NCBI GenBank assembly: GCA_049969675.1
Contig: JBMFOP010000030.1
Coordinates: forward strand, 1-32,313
DNA: 32,313 bases
Direction of reading: 5' to 3'
Source: Myxococcota bacterium
Lineage (GTDB): Bacteria; Myxococcota; SpSt-1050
Positions 26,808-32,313 of the stretch are shown in pieces. The notes under the pieces were generated by a model that worked only from the letters and a program-made list of their open reading frames with translations, searched no databases and was not told where the DNA came from. The translations under genes were made by a program, and so were the position numbers. Positions within the stretch are counted from its first letter, which is position 1; each line of letters begins with the position of its first letter.

Positions 26808-28732
26808 TTATAGATAACACTGGAAGTAGAATCAAGGTCCTTTGCTGAAAATTGCCAAATCGCCTGTGAGCCGGTATATACTATCAGCCCCCAGTATCTA
26901 TTCTTATCTACAGGATCCTGCACCACCTTCATACTCGCAGGAGTAAATAGCCTTTCACCCGGAGAAAAACCGTATGGAGTCAGAAAGATTTTAGAGTAAA
27001 ATCTCATCTCACGTTTTGATGGCTCTTTTCCGGATACAATAGTGAATTGCAGATGTAAATTTCCATCTCTATCTTTTATGACAAATGGCTGATTTTCAAA
27101 AGCCCTGCCCAAAAATCCATAATCAGTAATACGAACTGCCCAGGCACTGTGAGGTCTTATAATAAAATAGTAATATCTCAGACAGTCATCAGGAATAAAG
27201 TTACCATTTACAGCAATACCATCACTGCTCAATGATTTTACAAAAAATTCATTTGAATCTACAGTTCTTCCATCATCACAATTTTTGACCTTATTTCCAT
27301 TTATATCTCTTAAATCCAGAATATCACCTTCAATAATATTTAGATTTTCAAACCCTGTGATATCTGGTATAAAAAATCCACCCAAAATTCTCCCGGTCCC
27401 TTCAATGACTGCCCCTTCATAGGTAATCTGAATCTCTCTATTAAACATATTTGCCCTGAAGAGCTTTGAAATAGCTATCCCAAAATTTCGTTCTGAATTA
27501 TCCCATCTATCAATATAAGGATATTCTTGAAGCCCCTGCTCGTTATAGCTCAGCACCCTCCCATCTACAGAGAGTAAAGGCCTTGAGACCGTAGGAGATA
27601 TAAGTTCATTCTCAACCGGCATATTAAACCAGCCTCTCTTATAACATAAATCCCATCTCAAATTTATATCTGCCTCTTCACAGCGGCTACAACCCGAAAC
27701 ATCAATTACAAAAAGGTTCCCCTGAGCATTTATAATATATCCGACAGTCCCTTTGCAGGAATTTGTATTGCCTGATGGGGTAACTATACCTTCAATATCA
27801 GTATCCTTAGAGAAGACTAAATCTCTAACTCGCTCCGTCTGAAATGGCCTGTTGGTTATTTTACCAAAGATATCATCAGGGAGCATAGATACAAATCTGT
27901 GCTCTTCGGAGTTGTAGACAGAAAACATATTTACATCCGTATCAATAAGGAATAAATCTTTCCCATTTAATCTAATTAGATCCGGTCTCAGATTTGTATC
28001 AATATAACTTATCCCCTGAGCCGATATAACAAGATATGCAAATTTATTCTTATTCTTAGAGCCTATAAATATAGTATCTCCATCTTCGGAAATAGCCATA
28101 ACCGTAGGGAAAATGTCAAGTGATACATCAAAGATAGTCTTACCAAGTTCCACATTAATTGTCCCGTCACTATTCTTTTCATCTATGTCAATTATCTGAA
28201 TATGCCCAATAAACTCATTGTCCACACCTACAACGAGCAGAAGTTCCTTATCAAGCACAGAATTATGTACTACCTTCATATCTGAGGCAAAAAGAGATAT
28301 CTCTTTTCTATTTGGCTTACCACCTGTATTGTATATAATCTTTCCAGACTTAAATTCAGAAAATCCCTTTTCAACCAGATTTACAGTATCCACAACCGAA
28401 ATATTTTTATCCAGAAAATTAAGGACAAAGAGCCTCTTCTGGGAATTATCAACAGCCAATCTGGTTGGATATCTACCAACCGGTATTCTAAGCGGAAAAT
28501 ATGGCACATCCGATTCAACAAATCTCCTGAGAGAGAGATTGATGGGAAATACCGCATTCTCAAATGAGTCCGAAACAAAACCATATAATAATGGAACAGC
28601 ATCTGTATCAATAAATGGAACCACAGCCTCTATCTCCTGCGGCTCAGACATACTGCCAAGCAGCCTGCTGGAGGAGCTACTGCACCCAACAATCCACATA
28701 ATCGTAATCAAGAAAACAGTGCATCTTCTCAT
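26804..28732 (-). CDS. Lipoprotein with YncE/YVTN-like beta-propeller repeats and an inserted beta domain
   Basis: Lipobox IVGC; IPVGRYPTRLAV..LFVLN...ISVVD blade; further P-x-x-hydrophobic blades. Confidence 0.7.
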   Translation of the reverse strand: MRRCTVFLITIMWIVGCSSSSSRLLGSMSEPQEIEAVVPFIDTDAVPLLYGFVSDSFENAVFPINLSLRRFVESDVPYFPLRIPVGRYPTRLAVDNSQKRLFVLNFLDKNISVVDTVNLVEKGFSEFKSGKIIYNTGGKPNRKEISLFASDMKVVHNSVLDKELLLVVGVDNEFIGHIQIIDIDEKNSDGTINVELGKTIFDVSLDIFPTVMAISEDGDTIFIGSKNKNKFAYLVISAQGISYIDTNLRPDLIRLNGKDLFLIDTDVNMFSVYNSEEHRFVSMLPDDIFGKITNRPFQTERVRDLVFSKDTDIEGIVTPSGNTNSCKGTVGYIINAQGNLFVIDVSGCSRCEEADINLRWDLCYKRGWFNMPVENELISPTVSRPLLSVDGRVLSYNEQGLQEYPYIDRWDNSERNFGIAISKLFRANMFNREIQITYEGAVIEGTGRILGGFFIPDITGFENLNIIEGDILDLRDINGNKVKNCDDGRTVDSNEFFVKSLSSDGIAVNGNFIPDDCLRYYYFIIRPHSAWAVRITDYGFLGRAFENQPFVIKDRDGNLHLQFTIVSGKEPSKREMRFYSKIFLTPYGFSPGERLFTPASMKVVQDPVDKNRYWGLIVYTGSQAIWQFSAKDLDSTSSVIYK

Positions 28733-29958
28733 CAGTACTCACCCTTCTCCTTGGGTCTCGGCTTCCCGATACTCAAAAGATATTCAAATCTATTTTCTAT
28801 AGAAATGAATTTATATACAGAGATGGTTGAGCTCTCAAAATTTGCAACAAATAGATAATCCTCTCCGTCAATCTCAATCAATTTCATCGCATAGGGGCCA
28901 TCCAATCCTTCTCTTATCTCTGTAACCAAAATCTGACTTTCAGAGTCATAGACAAATATCTTATCCTCATCCTCCATTGCAATAAAAAGCAACTCCCTCT
29001 CCGATGAAACTGGAGATGCTATATAGAGCCTTGATGGATATCTATGTAGAGAAATCAGTCTGTAGTCTTCAATCACAAATGTTCCATCTTTATAAATATT
29101 GTAATCCACCGAGAGCAGCAGATCCGGATTCCTGAGCGTTAGAAAGAACCTTTTATCCCTCCTTGAGAATTTAACTGACTCCTGAAATGCACTCCCTATA
29201 GCATCAGTAAAATCCAGAAATACAGTATATCTCTTATCTCTAAATGAATATGATAGAGGGAGCGGATTCCTCCCCCCCATCATATATGCATAGGCAGAAA
29301 TAAGAATACCATCCTCAGAAATATCTATGTCCTTTATTCCTCCAATCTCATAACCATTTGAGAAGTCTGCAACGGGTACAGTAGACTTATCATAATTATC
29401 AGCATCTATACATATTACCTCACCGCTCTTTAAGAAGGATGTATATATACACCTATCCCCCTCTCTCATAACAATGGAGAAAGGTTCTTTTTTGTCACTA
29501 CTTATCAGATGTCCTTCATCACAGTCAGCAATTAGTTTCTCACCCTCTCCACATGAGAGAACTCCTCTACTATCTGTCTCAATTACAGCGATTTTACTAT
29601 CTTTCCTCAATGTTACAAATATCTTCCCATTGTAAAATGTAGATAGCCCTGCATAATCGCCAATATTGATACCTTCATTTAATATCAGAGACTTATTATA
29701 ATCCTTGCATTCATTTTTGCAGGGATCTATTAATAGTGGTTTGAGTAGATTTATAGAGATACCTTTAATGTTTCCATATTCATACCCAAGGTCAAAGTTG
29801 GAAGAAATTACATAGAGATTCTTATTTGCCTCATCATATGCCAGGTCTACCGGGAAGGCAAAACTCTCAAGAGTAAGCCGCCTCCTGTCAGAACCTCCAC
29901 AGCCGTAGAAGGTCATCAGTACAGTCAATATTATGATGATATATCTGCTCAATCTCAT
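28732..29958 (-). CDS. Lipoprotein, YncE-like beta-propeller
   Basis: Lipobox FYGC; blades FPVDLAY..LYVISSNFD, YPSRL..LFIA..DKIFVYD, GPYAM..LFVANFESSTISV. Confidence 0.75.
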   Translation of the reverse strand: MRLSRYIIIILTVLMTFYGCGGSDRRRLTLESFAFPVDLAYDEANKNLYVISSNFDLGYEYGNIKGISINLLKPLLIDPCKNECKDYNKSLILNEGINIGDYAGLSTFYNGKIFVTLRKDSKIAVIETDSRGVLSCGEGEKLIADCDEGHLISSDKKEPFSIVMREGDRCIYTSFLKSGEVICIDADNYDKSTVPVADFSNGYEIGGIKDIDISEDGILISAYAYMMGGRNPLPLSYSFRDKRYTVFLDFTDAIGSAFQESVKFSRRDKRFFLTLRNPDLLLSVDYNIYKDGTFVIEDYRLISLHRYPSRLYIASPVSSERELLFIAMEDEDKIFVYDSESQILVTEIREGLDGPYAMKLIEIDGEDYLFVANFESSTISVYKFISIENRFEYLLSIGKPRPKEKGEY

Positions 29959-30271
29959 AAAAACAGCCGACTTTTACCATAACAAAGGTAATAATACAAC
30001 AATATTCAATAAAGAATATGCTAATTCCTTGCTATCCATAATAATCTGCATTAAAGAATCAAATTTCCTTTAGAAAATTTCATACATACTGCCTGTGAGT
30101 GCTTCACACACGCGGATAGGAAATACTACAATTTTTAATAAAAGCCAAAAAAGATTTGATATTTCACTAACTTTTTTACATCCAGTGCAAAACATTGGTT
30201 AATTTATAGGCTATAAACTACTCATTTTAGCCTCAACGACATGAGCCTGATGCCTTATGTTTATTGGAAAC

Positions 30272-31168
30272 TCATGGGAAATTTAGTATTAAATCATATT
30301 CCCTAACCTGTTCTCCAATATCTGGTAAGTATGAACAGATATCATCATAATGCTTTGTTGTTTCATTATGTTTCAATTTCTTTCTGGCAATACATCTTGT
30401 CCTGAAATCTTTTGATTCTAAACATTTACTTAAATTTTTCGTGTCGTTTTCATCAAGTGTATAGCACAAATAATAATCGCAACTTCTATTTATGCCCTCA
30501 TCTTTTCTTTTATCAGTCGTACATATCTTTTCAAACATCTTATTTAACTTAGGATGTATCTCTTTATATTTCGTCAGTCCCGATAAAACAGAGAGCCTTA
30601 CTCTCATACTGGTATAGTAATCAAGAACATCCAGAAATTCTCTCTCAAAGGTATCTATTTCATTTAATGTCTTCTTTAGGAAGAATAATATTGCCTCTCT
30701 TACTACCAAACATTCATCATATATCTTATTCTCTATGGTCAACCTGTTTTGGCAAAGTATAAGATGGTGTGTCATCTCACCCCTGTCATTTGGATTAATA
30801 CCCATTTCTTTTAAATAGATAGACCTCATGATAAAATGCAAATCATCATACCTATTTCTAATTCTCTCTTTCAACTTCCCCCTTTCATCCTCAGATAGTT
30901 TCTTTTCTGGGCAGTCATCTCTCCACTTTCCCTTAAAGAAAGAATACATAATGAATTGCCTTGTAAATTCCATAAATCTATCATCTTTTTTGATGTTTTT
31001 TAGAAGCCCTCTCAAAGTATCTAATGCCTCCAATACATCCGCCGCACAAAAGTCTGATTCTTTTATATCTATGAGCCTTTGCACCTTTTCCTCTAATTTA
31101 TTATCAGACCCATATATGAACATCATAGATGTAAATAAGATACCTGAAAAATATATAATTTTTTTCAT
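30272..31168 (-). CDS. Hypothetical exported helical protein, Cys-containing, HEAT-like C-terminus
   Basis: 298-aa ORF, signal-like MKKIIYFSGILFTSMMFIYG, ATGA overlap with the upstream gene. Confidence 0.7.
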   Translation of the reverse strand: MKKIIYFSGILFTSMMFIYGSDNKLEEKVQRLIDIKESDFCAADVLEALDTLRGLLKNIKKDDRFMEFTRQFIMYSFFKGKWRDDCPEKKLSEDERGKLKERIRNRYDDLHFIMRSIYLKEMGINPNDRGEMTHHLILCQNRLTIENKIYDECLVVREAILFFLKKTLNEIDTFEREFLDVLDYYTSMRVRLSVLSGLTKYKEIHPKLNKMFEKICTTDKRKDEGINRSCDYYLCYTLDENDTKNLSKCLESKDFRTRCIARKKLKHNETTKHYDDICSYLPDIGEQVREYDLILNFP

Positions 31169-32010
31169 TTTACAGCCTTAACCTTCTTTACTCTAAACCC
31201 CACATTTATTTTATCTGGATAGATTTCTACCTTACACTCCCCTTGATGCTCATAAACATCATAACCAGGGAAATAGCGCGAGCAGCCATAACCTCTCCAT
31301 AGCCGCTTTTTTCCTTGAGCCTCTAACCTCTTATATTTCTCTGGATTATATGGACATTTTATAAAAGGTTGAGAAGAGAATGCCTCCTCATCATCAATCA
31401 ACATAAATATAGAATTACCTACCTCCTTTATAGTGTTAAATCCGTATATAGATTCGCAATCATAAGTCTCTTTAGATACTGGCTTTAAATAATAAGACAA
31501 ATATTCACTCTGACTATAAGATGGACTCCTACACCCATCTTCTACTACTTTATAAGCGATTGAACTCTCTAAATCCACTGGTATATATGCCAATCTCGGA
31601 CAGGTCATCCTCTTTTTAAGATATTTCGGGAGAAATCTTATTGCCATAGACTCATACTTAATTGCCTCGGGGATTTTTATATAATATAGGTCAGATTCAT
31701 TTATATTTTTAGAATATGAGATTGAGAATCTACATAATAAGACCTTCTCATTTGTCTTATTCTCAATCTCAGAGAGATAAATTTCTATACCTATACCATA
31801 GTATAATAAATTATTAATTTCAGAGTTCATTTTGAATCTTCTACAGTTCTCAGGGAAGATGGGTTCCCCATCTATCTCAATATATATTCCAGAATCTTTT
31901 AGATAATTGAGAACTTTATCTTCCTTTGCAACTACAGAGGGAGTAGGTATACTTAACAAAAAAAATAAAAAATAAAATAGCAGTTGATTTACATTGTTAT
32001 TTATCTGCAT
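31165..32010 (-). CDS. Hypothetical exported protein, Cys/Tyr-rich
   Basis: Long ORF. Likely start is ATG 32010, followed by a hydrophobic signal LLFYFLFFLLSIPTPSVVA and overlapping the stop of the upstream partial frame. Start is uncertain. Confidence 0.7.
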   Translation of the reverse strand: MQINNNVNQLLFYFLFFLLSIPTPSVVAKEDKVLNYLKDSGIYIEIDGEPIFPENCRRFKMNSEINNLLYYGIGIEIYLSEIENKTNEKVLLCRFSISYSKNINESDLYYIKIPEAIKYESMAIRFLPKYLKKRMTCPRLAYIPVDLESSIAYKVVEDGCRSPSYSQSEYLSYYLKPVSKETYDCESIYGFNTIKEVGNSIFMLIDDEEAFSSQPFIKCPYNPEKYKRLEAQGKKRLWRGYGCSRYFPGYDVYEHQGECKVEIYPDKINVGFRVKKVKAVK

Positions 32011-32225
32011 GGTGCGTCTGGTGGCCATTTTGCCCCCTGAGTACACCCGTGCTGTGTATCGTCATCATACTTCTTTTGAGCAATTGCATCCTCCCTCCCT
32101 ATTATTTTATTTATTTCATCTCCTATAACTTTTTTTAAGTCTTTTTCTGATTCTGCACAAAAGACTTTACCCTTAATATTATTATTAACAGTTTTTTTAT
32201 AGTAATCTAAATTATTTGCTGTTAA
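32001..32225 (-). CDS. 5'-truncated gene fragment (74 aa) with a DUF922-like peptidase C-terminal motif
   Basis: Manual translation: LTANNLDYYKKTVNNNIKGKVFCAESEKDLKKVIGDEINKIIGREDAIAQKKYDDDTQHGCTQGAKWPPDAPCR*. No start codon, so it is absent from the ORF track. Confidence 0.55.
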   Translation of the reverse strand, partial: LTANNLDYYKKTVNNNIKGKVFCAESEKDLKKVIGDEINKIIGREDAIAQKKYDDDTQHGCTQGAKWPPDAPCR

Positions 32226-32228
32226 TTA

Positions 32229-32313
32229 ATCCCCGGCTTCTACGACCGCGTGCGCGAACCCGCGCCGGCCGAAAAGGAGGCCTGGGCCCGCCTGCCGTTC
32301 GACGAAAAGGAAT
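32229..32313 (+). other. High-GC internal fragment of an M20-family dipeptidase gene; probable chimeric/foreign sequence
   Basis: Translates IPGFYDRVREPAPAEKEAWARLPFDEKE. GC is 58/83 over 32231-32313 versus 11/60 over 32161-32220. No start codon or upstream frame. Confidence 0.7.

Noticed and set aside
28218..28802. 194-aa plus-strand ORF and the other short antisense ORFs inside long genes
   Set aside because: Fully overlap well-supported opposite-strand genes and have Ser/Ile/Phe-rich composition typical of antisense frames.
29959..30271. Intergenic region examined for ncRNA, riboswitch or terminator
   Set aside because: No convincing stem-loop or known motif; only a weak TTGTAT-17-TAAAAG promoter-like match near 29971-29999.

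Overview
AT-rich bacterial chromosomal window. The gene content (ASH/choice-of-anchor-D + vWA lipoprotein, Cys-rich lipoprotein, paired beta-propeller lipoproteins, sigma54 two-component system, PlsB) suggests a deltaproteobacterial/Myxococcota-like lineage; this is inference. Left to right: (1) a non-coding degenerate ~20-26 bp repeat array; (2) a 1408-aa acyl-CoA dehydratase activase fusion; (3) a large Ig-repeat/vWA surface lipoprotein with its own consensus sigma70 promoter and terminator; (4) a minus-strand run: DUF4845-like, pyrR, pyrB, pyrC, hypothetical, histidine kinase, sigma54 regulator, xseA, membrane spermidine-synthase-like; (5) a Cys-rich lipoprotein with an 18-bp tandem repeat; (6) a DUF123 GIY-YIG nuclease and a small partner; (7) a decayed IS630-like remnant; (8) plsB; (9) a translationally coupled run of two lipoproteins, lipA, an outer-membrane barrel, nfo and a TIGR01212 radical SAM gene; (10) two orphan exported proteins coupled to a start-less 74-codon frame absent from the ORF track, with a DUF922-like peptidase tail (candidate toxin/immunity locus). 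That frame is cut by an abrupt 70% GC M20-dipeptidase fragment at the window end, probably a chimeric junction. No rRNA, tRNA or CRISPR array was recognised. Family assignments come from motif recognition only; no database searches were run.
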